Of a stretch of DNA of 64,000 nt, positions 19,369 to 28,831 are shown one piece after another. The position numbers and the translations under genes were made by a program. The stretch's first letter is position 1. Each line of letters starts with the position of its first letter. The notes under the pieces are model-generated. The model saw nothing but the letters and a program-made list of their open reading frames with translations. It was not told the origin of the DNA and did not search any database. This DNA is from an uncultured archaeon (lineage in GTDB: Archaea > Thermoproteota > Nitrososphaeria > Nitrososphaerales > Gagatemarchaeaceae): contig CAWCYD010000003.1 in assembly GCA_963799775.1 (NCBI GenBank), forward strand, positions 1,280,001 to 1,344,000, given 5' to 3'.

Positions 19369-20664
19369 TCAGTCGCCGACCTCGGCCGCGGTCGGGATGC
19401 TCTTGACCCTTCGGACCGGAGAGAAGAATACCCAGAGGAAGGCCAGGGAGCCCCCAAGTGCCCCTATCACCAAGGCGGGGTACAGACCCAATGTCTGCCC
19501 GAGCAGTCCGCCTAGCAGAGAGCCGATGGGCAATATGCCTGACACCACGAATCGCATCGTCGCGTTGAGCCTGCCCTGAAGCCGCAGGGGAACGAGGGCC
19601 TGCCTGTAGCTGATCTGGTTGACGTTGTAGAGCACAGCCCCGAAAGACGTGACGAAGAACGCGAGTATCAGGAAGTAGCTCCCGTAGGGAGGGGCGGCGA
19701 GGATGAAGATGAGGGAACCCAACGAGCAGAACGCCGCTGAAGAGACGATGAGGGCGCCGACCCTCAGGTGAATGGCTAACCTGCCGGCCGTGAGGCCTCC
19801 AAGAAGGGACCCGGCGCTGCCTAGCGCGAGCATGACCCCGATGAGAAGTGGGCTCATCTTCAGGACGTTGACCGCGTACAGCAAGAGCACCGCGAAGACC
19901 GCGCCTGAGAACAGGTTGAAAGTCGCGGTGCATCCCGCTATAGACCAGAGTCTCCTCTCGTGCAGCACGACAGAAAGGCCCTCTTTGATCTCCTCGATAA
20001 TGGGCCTCCTCGAGCTTTGGGGCTTCGACTCCTCTCTTCGTTTGATCGAGCTGAGGAAGGACGCCGACCACATGAAGGAGAACGGGTTGAAGAGAAGGGC
20101 CAGCGGTGCCCCTACTATCTGGACCAGTCCTCCGGCAAGACTTGGGCCGACTACGCCCGCAGCAGCGGCGCTTGCCTGGAGCTTACCATTGGCCTCGGTG
20201 AGTTGTTCTCTGCCCACCAGAGAAGGGAGGTATGCCTGGTAGCTGATGTCGAAGACAACGGTGAACGTCCCGATCGCGAAGGTCACCACGTAGAGCAGGT
20301 CTAGACTGAGCAGGCCCAAGAGAAAGGCGACGGGGACGCTCAGAGCCAGGACCGCCCGGGAGACGTCGCTTAATATCATCAGCCGGCGCCTCCGATACCT
20401 GTCTGCCCACACACCGGCGAGCAGCCCCAAGATCAGGAACGGGACGTTCGCGAGAGCCTGCAAGAGTCCCATCTGCGCCGCCGTCACATGGAGTATCAGG
20501 ACCGCAGTCAGCGGGAAAGCGAGGGCCGCGAATTGGTCGCCGACGAGCGAGACTGTCTCTCCGGACCACATCTTGAGGAAGTCGCGATGATGCCAGAGAC
20601 TCTTGCTTGGCCCCACGACGACCTCCTTCTCGTCATTTGGAGAGGGATCCCCAGCTCCGCTCAA
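19369..20664 (-). CDS. MFS transporter (DHA3/EntS-like)
   Basis: ~12 TM; GVWADRYRRRRLMILSD and RQALVP..LQGR motifs. Confidence 0.92.
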   Translation of the reverse strand: MSGAGDPSPNDEKEVVVGPSKSLWHHRDFLKMWSGETVSLVGDQFAALAFPLTAVLILHVTAAQMGLLQALANVPFLILGLLAGVWADRYRRRRLMILSDVSRAVLALSVPVAFLLGLLSLDLLYVVTFAIGTFTVVFDISYQAYLPSLVGREQLTEANGKLQASAAAAGVVGPSLAGGLVQIVGAPLALLFNPFSFMWSASFLSSIKRREESKPQSSRRPIIEEIKEGLSVVLHERRLWSIAGCTATFNLFSGAVFAVLLLYAVNVLKMSPLLIGVMLALGSAGSLLGGLTAGRLAIHLRVGALIVSSAAFCSLGSLIFILAAPPYGSYFLILAFFVTSFGAVLYNVNQISYRQALVPLRLQGRLNATMRFVVSGILPIGSLLGGLLGQTLGLYPALVIGALGGSLAFLWVFFSPVRRVKSIPTAAEVGD

Positions 20665-20719
20665 TCACTCGAATAGGGGCGCCCTCCGTATTTGAACGAC
20701 ACCTGAGGCCGCCGCTTCG

Positions 20720-20917
20720 CTAGTTCGGACAGTCCGGCAGCTCAGACCATTGCGTGAGCGGGCCCTCGGATTTCTCGAGCTCGTAGATGGCCACCGGCCC
20801 GAACTCGCCTGTCTGCTCTAGGAAGTCTTTCAGGTTGCGAGCCTCGGTCATCGAACTCTTGGGGAACCTGTTCACCGTTCCTCCCGATGCAGTCGCTACT
20901 ACGGTGAGCCTTCGCAT
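20720..20917 (-). CDS. Hypothetical protein
   Basis: 65-aa ATG ORF with AT-rich upstream region. Confidence 0.4.
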   Translation of the reverse strand: MRRLTVVATASGGTVNRFPKSSMTEARNLKDFLEQTGEFGPVAIYELEKSEGPLTQWSELPDCPN

Positions 20918-21082
20918 TATTCCTCTCCGCTATATTCCTAGTATATTAGAGAGATTGCGCGAAATATTCAAACGCGAATAGACGGCGAAGGCGCGTTTGT
21001 CTCTCAACCTTCGTCGACATCCTCTTCTTTTTGGAAGGTGGATATGGAACAAAGCCTCGAACGCTCTTATACTCCATAAGAC

Positions 21083-21904
21083 TTGGTTATCAGGTCGAGG
21101 AAAGAAGGAAAGGTGCGTTCGAACAAGACGTTGTTGAGGGCAACAACAATTGTCATGATTCTTCTGACGATTGCAACGCTCGCCTTGCCGGTCTCGGCGA
21201 CGACATACTCAGTAATCGTCCAGACGGATGCGTCATCCTATTCAGGCGCGACACCGATCCATATCACTGGAAATGTCAGCCCTGCTCCGGGGCCATCGAC
21301 GGCGGTTATCATCACAATCTACAACAACGCGAACAAGTCGGCGGCTGCCGATGTGGGATACGCACCCGCAAATGCAGCGACAGGCGCCTTCAACTACACA
21401 TCGGTTCCCGGTGGGAATGCGGCATGGACGAGCGGCACGTTCACAGTCAACGCCACGTGGGGGGCAAATGGTTACACCGCGATAGGGACGACGACGTTCA
21501 CGTACAGCCTGCTGACGACTACAAGCTCGACGACGACTTCGACGACAACGAGTAGCACGACAATAAGCAGCACGACCACGACTAGCAGCACCCAAACGAC
21601 AACCTCGACCACCACAAGCAGCACTATCAGCAAGACGAACTCGACGACCAGTTCGACAAGCACCACCAGCAGCACGTCCTCTACGACCACGACGACGCCA
21701 CCGGTCACAATCACCTCGACCGTGACCTCGACACCGACGACGAGCTCCTCGAGCTCCTCATCGACGACATCGAGTTTGGGCACGGGCCTCGGCTCTCTCA
21801 CCTGGGTGATAGTCGCGGCGGTATTGGTGATACTGGCAGCTGTGGGCCTAGTGTTCTGGAGGAGGAAGGTTGCCAGCGATTATAGCAAGTCGGCGACCCG
21901 CTGA
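21083..21904 (+). CDS. Surface protein: signal peptide, Ig-like domain, Thr/Ser stalk, C-terminal TM
   Basis: LALPVSA signal, ~85-aa T/S tract, TM plus WRRK. Confidence 0.85.
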   Translation: MVIRSRKEGKVRSNKTLLRATTIVMILLTIATLALPVSATTYSVIVQTDASSYSGATPIHITGNVSPAPGPSTAVIITIYNNANKSAAADVGYAPANAATGAFNYTSVPGGNAAWTSGTFTVNATWGANGYTAIGTTTFTYSLLTTTSSTTTSTTTSSTTISSTTTTSSTQTTTSTTTSSTISKTNSTTSSTSTTSSTSSTTTTTPPVTITSTVTSTPTTSSSSSSSTTSSLGTGLGSLTWVIVAAVLVILAAVGLVFWRRKVASDYSKSATR

Positions 21905-21964
21905 GCTTCGACAGCCCGACGAAATCCCTTTTTATCCGACCAAGGTGCCTGCGACGAACATAGG

Positions 21965-22348
21965 TTGAGGTTCCGCTTCTACTACGCAGGGATAAGGGTC
22001 AGAGACATGAAGCGCTCGCTCGACTTTTACAGAAAGGCGATGGGCATGAATGTCGTCAACAAGGGGACCATGCCTCACGGGGGCAAGTTTGTGCAGCTTA
22101 GGGGCAAGGGGTCCAAGCAGACTCTCGAACTGAACTGGTATCCCTCCGGGAGCAGGTTCTACTCCGATTATGTGCCCGGCGAGGAGATGGACCATCTCGC
22201 CTTCGTCGTCAAGGACGCGGCCAAGGCGTACAAGGAGCTCATCTCGAAAGGCGCGACGCCCGCCGTCCCTCCGAAGGAGTCAAAGGGGACGGAGGTGTAC
22301 GTGAAAGACCCTGACGGGATCTGGATAGAGCTCCTCTCATCGGGATGA
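21965..22348 (+). CDS. VOC/lactoylglutathione lyase-like protein
   Basis: IRVRDM..SLDFY, LELNWY, DHLAF.V, KDPDG.WIEL. Confidence 0.9.
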   Translation: MRFRFYYAGIRVRDMKRSLDFYRKAMGMNVVNKGTMPHGGKFVQLRGKGSKQTLELNWYPSGSRFYSDYVPGEEMDHLAFVVKDAAKAYKELISKGATPAVPPKESKGTEVYVKDPDGIWIELLSSG

Positions 22349-22363
22349 AGGGCGGTCGGCAGT

Positions 22364-22622
22364 CTATCCTTCGAGCAGCAGTCCTAGTCGCTTCTCATAG
22401 TCGACACCAGGTCCCATGCCCCGGGCGTCCAAGACGACCTTTCCATCCATCAGCACGACCGGGATGGTGTCCCAATACTTGTCATGGAGCTCAATGTCGC
22501 TCCCGATGTCGAGGACGCTTCAACCGGAAACCGCGGGTAGACGAAAGATGGTCCAGCGCGTCCAGGACCTTGTCGCAGACGTGACACCCTTTCTTCGAGA
22601 CGAGAGTGACCTCCCTCTGCAC
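22364..22622 (-). CDS. Glutaredoxin-like (DUF836-type) protein (frameshift ~22517)
   Basis: VTLVSKKGCHVCD...DI..D.EL.DKY.DTIPVVLMDG. Confidence 0.75.
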
Positions 22623-22648
22623 GAGGGGATGGACCTCTTCCGGTCCAT

Positions 22649-23011
22649 CTATACTTTGCTTTGGTTGGACGCTGGGGCCTGGAGCGCCGTCATCTGAGGG
22701 GCCGGGGGAGGTGCCGCCTCTGCGGCCTCTTCCTGAAGCTTCCTCTTGGCAATCAAGATCCTCACTCTCTGTTGGCATTGGATCGCCCTGTCGCTGAACG
22801 CCTTCCACGGAGTGTAGTCCTGGGTGCCTTTGGCCAAAAGAAGGAGCAGGTCAGCGGCTTGGAGGTAGTCGACGATGGAGTCGCCGAACCTTCCCGCCTT
22901 TTCCTTTGCGATGGCTTCGTTGACCAGGTGGGTCGCGTACCACTCTATCTTCTGCATCCTCGAGCCCTGTGCCGCTTGAGCCGGCCTCTGGGCTGCCTTG
23001 ACCTCTGGCAT
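22649..23011 (-). CDS. Stand-alone MIT-domain-like protein
   Basis: A..LVNEAIAKEKAG.F..SI..Y.QAA.LL three-helix pattern; Pro-rich tail. Confidence 0.65.
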   Translation of the reverse strand: MPEVKAAQRPAQAAQGSRMQKIEWYATHLVNEAIAKEKAGRFGDSIVDYLQAADLLLLLAKGTQDYTPWKAFSDRAIQCQQRVRILIAKRKLQEEAAEAAPPPAPQMTALQAPASNQSKV

Positions 23012-23150
23012 ACGCTCGTCCTGACGCTAGCCCTCCCGATAGCCATCAGTGTCACATTTCCTCAACAATAGTGCGAAGTTGGGCGGACCCTCGGCCAGCC
23101 CTTGAATTTGCCCGCAGGAATGTTAATCTGGACGCCTCATCGGGCCAGGA

Positions 23151-23700
23151 ATGAAACGAGAGATGGTCCCTTCAAAGCAAGTCAGCGGCAAGTGGCTCCT
23201 CGTCCTCTCTGTGGGGGCGATAATCATCTCTCTCGCCTTCGTCGGGGTCGCGTACGTCGCGCTCTCCCCAGCCCAGGGGGGCACTCTCTTCGGGGCACCT
23301 CTTCATCAACGAGGGAGGGTTCTCCAACTCCACAGCGGGCGCGACCGCATCTTACAACGCGACGCTGACCGCGCATAACGGGAACGGCTCGATCCTCTTC
23401 ACGTTCCTCTCTGGGACCGACCTCCTGTCCAACCATCTCGTGTCCATCTCAAACTATACGGTCTCGGTGAACCAGGTCTCGGTCACCATGAACGGGCATT
23501 CATTGACCCTCCCATGGGAAGTCAATGACACAGTCTGGGCGGGCACCTACGACAGCAACTACATCGCATCGTGGGGGCCTTCGGCCCCCTCCTATGAGGT
23601 GCGTGGCCAGATCACGCCGTCCGTCTTCGGACTGCCTCCCAAAGACTACGTGGAATTCAGATTCGAAGCAGAGAGCGGCGAAGCGGCGGCGTGCTGCTAG
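23151..23700 (+). CDS. Membrane-anchored hypothetical protein (frameshift ~23300)
   Basis: N-terminal TM; beta-rich domain continues in a shifted frame. Confidence 0.5.
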
Positions 23701-23818
23701 CGGACAGGGGAAGAGAGATTCGGAGATTGCTCTGTTAAAATCTGAAACTTATTCCGAATTCCAATTCCAGGATGCGGCTCATTATATCGCGTAGCTTGCA
23801 ATCCCTTATCGAACAAAC

Positions 23819-24550
23819 ATGCAAGTGAACAGAGGCAAACTCCAACTCCTCACAGTCGCTGCGATGCTCGTCCTGGTCTCAGGCGGGATCGCCGCGTACG
23901 CGAAGAACCAATCCGTATCGGCGGCCAACGCATCTGCGCCTGCGCAGGTGGCGCTGGTCCCCGACACGACCAACTCGACTTCCTCCTCCACCACGACGTC
24001 GACATCCACCCAGACGACTTCCTCGAGCTCGACCGTGACGTCGACCGTCACCGTGACGACGACGGCATCGAGCACGACCACGACCCCACCCGCGCCACTA
24101 TGCCAGTCTCCATCGGCGACCGAGGTTGGCAGGCTTGTCTTGCCGATAACGGCGGCCGGAGCGACATCCACAGGGTCCATATCCTTCCCAATCAGCAAGG
24201 GATGCATCGCCTACATCACCTCGGTGGGCGGCATCTTCAACGTCCAGATCGTCCTGCGATACGCGAAGCCGGTGACCCAGTACAACGTCGTGCTGGTCGC
24301 CAACAGCACGGGCTACACGCTTGGAAGCATGGTCACGGGTCCAGATGGATCCGGGCAGATGCAGAACCAAGTCCTCCTGAAGCCGGGCACCTACGTGGTC
24401 TCGCTCCAGATCCTCGACACATCATCCAACCCAGGCCAAAGCACCCTTGTGCTGCAGACTGCCCAAGGGACTATCGTCTCCCCGCCGTTCCCAACCCCTA
24501 ACAGCGCACAGCAGCCCAACCAGCACGGCGACTCCGACGGGGACAAGTAA
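23819..24550 (+). CDS. Secreted Ser/Thr-linker protein with beta-sandwich domain
   Basis: Signal peptide, T/S tract, two Cys. Confidence 0.75.
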   Translation: MQVNRGKLQLLTVAAMLVLVSGGIAAYAKNQSVSAANASAPAQVALVPDTTNSTSSSTTTSTSTQTTSSSSTVTSTVTVTTTASSTTTTPPAPLCQSPSATEVGRLVLPITAAGATSTGSISFPISKGCIAYITSVGGIFNVQIVLRYAKPVTQYNVVLVANSTGYTLGSMVTGPDGSGQMQNQVLLKPGTYVVSLQILDTSSNPGQSTLVLQTAQGTIVSPPFPTPNSAQQPNQHGDSDGDK

Positions 24551-24565
24551 GACACCTTTCTTGGA

Positions 24566-24611
24566 AGGCAGGGCCAACAAACCGTTGGCCTGCCTCCTTC
24601 CCTCTCTTTTT
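24566..24611 (+). terminator. Hairpin plus pyrimidine tract after the 24550 stop
   Basis: AGGCAG(G)GCCAAC-aaacc-GTTGGCCTGCCT, then CCTTCCCTCTCTTTTT. Confidence 0.5.
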
Positions 24612-24654
24612 CCGAATCGAACTCATTTATAGTCAGACGACGGAATTCTCAGGC

Positions 24655-26016
24655 ACGAGAGCAGCAAGAGCACCCCGGTCCGAATTCTCCAGTTACCATG
24701 AGAAGCTAGCACAGGGAAAGACCACGTGCGAGGAGGCGGTCAAGGAAGAGCTCGAGAACATCGGCGAGCTCAAGCGCCTCAACGCCTACATCACCATCTT
24801 CGACGGAGAGCACGGGATAGCGCTCTCCAGGGCCCGCGCGCTCGACGGCTCGCCAGGGCAGAAGAAGAGGTTCGAGGGGCTGTATGGTATACCGCTGGCG
24901 ATAAAGGACAACATCTTCTTCGGAGGCTTTCCGACGACGGACGCCACGTTCTACTTCAAGGACTTCGTCCCGAGCCAGAACGCAGACCTGGTAGACGACG
25001 CTCTCGCTCTCGGGTGCATCCCTCTGGGGAAGACAAACCTGCACGAGATAGCCTTGGGAGCGACGTCTGCGGCCTCGTACTTTGGGCCTGTGCTAAGTCC
25101 GCTCGACCAGAAGAGGGTGGCCGGAGGTTCTAGCGGAGGGTCGGCGGTCTCCGTTGCGACCTCCAAGGGCCCTGTCTTGGGGTTCGGGTCGGACACCGGA
25201 GGTTCGATAAGGGTGCCCGCGGCCCTCTGCGGGATAGTCGGCTTCAAGCCCACCCAGGGCGCGCTAAGCTTGGAGGGGGTCTTCCCTCTGAGCGCGACAC
25301 TGGACCATGCAGGCCTCCTCACCCGGACGATGCCCGACATGACGACCGCTTTCCTCGAGCTTACGAAGAGCCGTCGGAAGGCCAGCGGAAACGAGCGACG
25401 GAAGGTCAGGGTCGGCGTCCTGACGGGACACTTCTTCGAAGAGACGGAAGAGAGGATCTCGGCCAACTTCTGGAGAGCCATGAAGAGGATGGAGTCCTCG
25501 GGGAACTTCTCGGTGAAGGAGATCCCGACCGACGCGAGCTACGAGAGGTTCACCCGTGCAAGAGGGGCGATCCAGCTCAGCGAGGCGGCATGGTTCTTCG
25601 GCGAACTCGTGGGGGATGAGAAGGTCGCGGCGAAGATGGACCCTGACGTGGTCACGCTGCTCAGACGAGGGATGAAATTCGGGCAGGTCCGATATCTTGG
25701 GGCGAACCTCACGAGGCTCGAGTCGATCCGCATATTTGGGCGCATGCTCAAGGAGGTCGACGTTCTCGCGATGCCGACGACGAGGGCCGTGGCGCCCAAG
25801 CTCGACGACGTGCGAGGGAACGAGGCAGGGAAGCTCCGGCGCGTGCTTCTCCAGAACACGGAGGTCTTCAACCTGTGCGGCTTTCCCGCACTGAGCATCC
25901 CTTCCAACCCGGGCTCAAGAGAGCTCCCCACCGCCATCCAGCTCTCGGGCAGGCTCGGAGACGACCAAGAAGTGCTACTTGCGGGCGAGCTGGCGATGCA
26001 GGCGATAACGCGCTAG
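24655..26016 (+). CDS. Amidase-signature family protein (frame open to ~24655; no canonical start)
   Basis: LNAYIT, GIPLAIKDNI, GKTNLHE, GGSSGGSAV, GSDTGGSIRVPAALCG. Confidence 0.9.
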   Translation, partial: TRAARAPRSEFSSYHEKLAQGKTTCEEAVKEELENIGELKRLNAYITIFDGEHGIALSRARALDGSPGQKKRFEGLYGIPLAIKDNIFFGGFPTTDATFYFKDFVPSQNADLVDDALALGCIPLGKTNLHEIALGATSAASYFGPVLSPLDQKRVAGGSSGGSAVSVATSKGPVLGFGSDTGGSIRVPAALCGIVGFKPTQGALSLEGVFPLSATLDHAGLLTRTMPDMTTAFLELTKSRRKASGNERRKVRVGVLTGHFFEETEERISANFWRAMKRMESSGNFSVKEIPTDASYERFTRARGAIQLSEAAWFFGELVGDEKVAAKMDPDVVTLLRRGMKFGQVRYLGANLTRLESIRIFGRMLKEVDVLAMPTTRAVAPKLDDVRGNEAGKLRRVLLQNTEVFNLCGFPALSIPSNPGSRELPTAIQLSGRLGDDQEVLLAGELAMQAITR

Positions 26017-26033
26017 TCGAGCGACGCAGGTCG

Positions 26034-26702
26034 CTACTTGCCCAGCTTCTTGATAAGGTCCTTGGAGCTCGAGACGCCCGACAGGTACCAATAGCGGATG
26101 TACTGGAGACCCACCTGGTGCTGGACGTCGCTGAAGGCCTCGACCCCGTCCTCGACCACTTCCACCTCGTATCTGCGGAAGAAGGCGTCCGCAGCGGTGT
26201 GGCGAACGCAGCAGTCCGTCGTCACCCCGGAGATCACCAGGGTGTTGGCTCCTTTTCCTCCGTAGAGGCTGCGAAGGATGTCGTCGAGCTCGGTCTGCTG
26301 GAAGCTGCTGTAAGTCGACTTTGGGACCACGTAGTCCCTCCGCTTCGGGGCTATCTCCTCGATCACACCGGCGCCCTTGGTCCCTCTCATCGCGTGCGCC
26401 TCCCACCTGTTCAGCTCAAAGTCGGACGGCTTGTGGGAGTCGTTGCAGTATACGACCGGGATCGCGTTGGCCCGCGAGGCGTCCAGGAGCGCGGCGACGT
26501 TGGGTATCTTTGGGACCATCCTGTCGCACTTCAGGACACCGTAGATGAAATCGTGGAGCATGTCGACCACGAGGACGGCGTACCTCCGGTCTTGACGATA
26601 GACCAGGGGCTCCTTGAACGAGGCGGGCGGGTAGACGACGGAGCGCGCCTCCATCTCCGCCATTGCGCGGCCGTCTTTCCCGTGGCCGTGTGCGTGTGGC
26701 AT
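26034..26702 (-). CDS. Isochorismatase/cysteine hydrolase family protein
   Basis: VLVVDML.DF, K..YSSF..T.L, GVTTDCCVRHTA.DAF. Confidence 0.92.
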   Translation of the reverse strand: MPHAHGHGKDGRAMAEMEARSVVYPPASFKEPLVYRQDRRYAVLVVDMLHDFIYGVLKCDRMVPKIPNVAALLDASRANAIPVVYCNDSHKPSDFELNRWEAHAMRGTKGAGVIEEIAPKRRDYVVPKSTYSSFQQTELDDILRSLYGGKGANTLVISGVTTDCCVRHTAADAFFRRYEVEVVEDGVEAFSDVQHQVGLQYIRYWYLSGVSSSKDLIKKLGK

Positions 26703-26751
26703 GGACCGGAGGAGCTCCGCCCCCTTAAAAATCGATGCGCTCGGTGACAGG

Positions 26752-27520
26752 TCAGGGTGCCTGCTATGACTTGGATGGTCCCGACCATCCAGTCCGGATG
26801 TATCGAGCAGTCGTATCTGTAGCTGCCTGCCACGGTGAGGGTGACGGTGTAGGTCTGCCCTTCGTTCAAGATCCCAGAGTTCCACGGTTTTGCCCCGGCG
26901 GGGATGTTGACTGACTGGACGGTGTGCTGGACGTAGTCCTGGTCGTTCCAGACTATCGTGTTGTTGACGCCGACGACGACCTTGATCTTCGAGGGCGTGA
27001 AGTTGAGCGACTCGTTGTTCCCGACGTCCTGCGGAAGAATGATCTGGACGGCGCCAGGCTGGACGGACGACGTGGAGGTGGCCGACGTCGTCGTGGTCGA
27101 GGTCGTCGTCGAAGCCTGGGTCGTTGTGGTGCTGCTGGTGCTCGTGCTGGATGTGGTGAATGATGACGTCGTGGAGGTCGTCGACATGGTCGTTGAGGTG
27201 GATGTCGAAAGACTGGAGCTGCTGCTCGTGATCGCGGTAGAGGAGGCCGAGTAAGACGAGCTGGTCTGAGAAGTCGCCGCGGAGGACTGTGTCGTCGTGG
27301 GAGTGGTGAGGCTCCCGTTTGATGAGGAGGACAGGGTGATTGTCTGGGTTGAGACCGTAGTAGTGGTGGTTATCCTGGTGTAGTCGCCGGTGGGCTGTGG
27401 GCGCTGTAGGTAGGCCTCCGCTGCGAAAAGGCTCGCGACCAGCAAGAGTATCACGCCCGCTATCAGCGCCAGAGTCGAGGCGGTAGTCGCCCTACGGCGC
27501 GACTTCATCCGGATGTACAT
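26752..27520 (-). CDS. Membrane-anchored plastocyanin/azurin-like blue copper protein on a T/S stalk (stop masked by a 1-nt indel)
   Basis: FTPS.I.V, N.D...HTV, Y.CSIHPDWMVG.I.V: His-Cys-His-Met type-1 Cu ligands. Confidence 0.85.
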
Positions 27521-27563
27521 CTTCCCCGCCGCATCTCGCGGGCCACCTTCATAACGCTCGCGC

Positions 27564-28820
27564 CTAGATGACCGATAGCTTCTCGTAGGTCGTGTCCAGG
27601 ACTTCGGTCTGCTGGATCCCGAACCAGTCCTCCAGGACGGTCGCGTAGCTCTGCCTAAAGTCGATGTTCCAGAGCAGGTTGCCTGAGGAGTCGAGGTTGC
27701 TCAGGCTCGGATAGGTCCCGTAGAGCCCTGGGCTGATGGACCCGCCGATCATGAACTGGGGGAGGGCCGTCCCGTGGTCCGTCCCGGCGCTCCCGTTCTC
27801 CTTGACACGCCGCCCGAACTCTGAGAAGGTCATCATCAGCGTGTCGTTGGCGCGACCCTGCGCGGAGAGGTCGTTGTAGAACGCGCTCACCCCGTCCGAG
27901 AGCTGTTTCAAGAGAGGGTCTTGCGTCTTCCTCTCCCCGCCGTGTGTGTCGAACCCGCCTAGAGTGACGTAGACAATCTTGGGGTTGATGCTCGAGACTA
28001 TGACCCCCGCCGCGAGCTTGAGCCTCTGGGAGAAGTCGTCGGTGGGATAGGTGACCTGCGGCGTGTAGCTGTTCGCGGCAGCCTGGATCACCGCGGAGGC
28101 AGAGATCGCGTCCAGTCCCGACTGCATCATCTGGTTGACGAGGGCGTTATACTCGCCGCACGCGCTGCACGCCGTCTCGTTGAGCTGCTGGATGAAGCCC
28201 GTGCTCATGGTGTCGCTCCTGTTCAGCGGGGCGATCTTGAAACCAGCGACCGTGTTGAACGATAGGGGCTGGGCCGTGACTCCCGTGAGGGTCTGGGGGA
28301 CGAGCTCTTGCAGGTTGACCGCCGTCGCAGGCGAGTCCATCGCGTTCGCCACGTCCATGTAGCGCCCGAGCCATCCGTTGGAGAACGGCATGTCGGGTTC
28401 CGCGCTCTCCCAGATCGCCGTTGCTTCGAAGTGCGAGAGGTTCGGGTTGGGGTAGCTCACACCCTGGATTATCGCGACGCGGTTGCTCTTGTAGAGGTCC
28501 ATCATCCCTGACATCTGGGCGTTGAGGGCGATGTCCCCGTCGATCGGGAGGATCTCGCTCGAGGTCAGACCTATCGTGGGCCTGTTCTGCAGGTACGCGG
28601 ACTGGCCGTAGGGCACGACCGTGTTGAGGCCGTCGTTCCCGCCCATGAGCTGGATTACGACGAGCGTCTTGTTGGACGCGTTCTGGAGCGTGGCGGTCTG
28701 CGCCTGGTTGGCGTCCGTAGCCTCCATCACCGTCGGGCCGAGGCTCAGCGGCGTGACGGAGGGTATCCCCGCCACCCTGGCTGCGAGCTGTCTCAGGAGA
28801 TCTCTTCGAGCGTTCTTCAA
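27564..28820 (-). CDS. DUF1501 family protein
   Basis: LVVIQL.GGNDGLN.VVP, SHF, GGFDTH, FSEFGRR..EN...GTDHG, DFR..YA. Confidence 0.93.
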   Translation of the reverse strand: MKNARRDLLRQLAARVAGIPSVTPLSLGPTVMEATDANQAQTATLQNASNKTLVVIQLMGGNDGLNTVVPYGQSAYLQNRPTIGLTSSEILPIDGDIALNAQMSGMMDLYKSNRVAIIQGVSYPNPNLSHFEATAIWESAEPDMPFSNGWLGRYMDVANAMDSPATAVNLQELVPQTLTGVTAQPLSFNTVAGFKIAPLNRSDTMSTGFIQQLNETACSACGEYNALVNQMMQSGLDAISASAVIQAAANSYTPQVTYPTDDFSQRLKLAAGVIVSSINPKIVYVTLGGFDTHGGERKTQDPLLKQLSDGVSAFYNDLSAQGRANDTLMMTFSEFGRRVKENGSAGTDHGTALPQFMIGGSISPGLYGTYPSLSNLDSSGNLLWNIDFRQSYATVLEDWFGIQQTEVLDTTYEKLSVI

Positions 28821-28831
28821 CTCATTTCACC

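Noticed and set aside
21510-21775. ACG/ACC/AGC-rich quasi-tandem repeats (also ~27070-27300)
   Set aside because: Codon-level low complexity of Thr/Ser stalks, not DNA repeats.
24655-26016. Calling the amidase gatA
   Set aside because: No gatB or gatC nearby and no GatA-specific motifs; generic amidase-signature enzyme.
26034-27520. Long overlap between the cupredoxin and isochorismatase ORFs
   Set aside because: A 1-nt indel hides the stop at 26752, and the isochorismatase probably starts at or after 26702.
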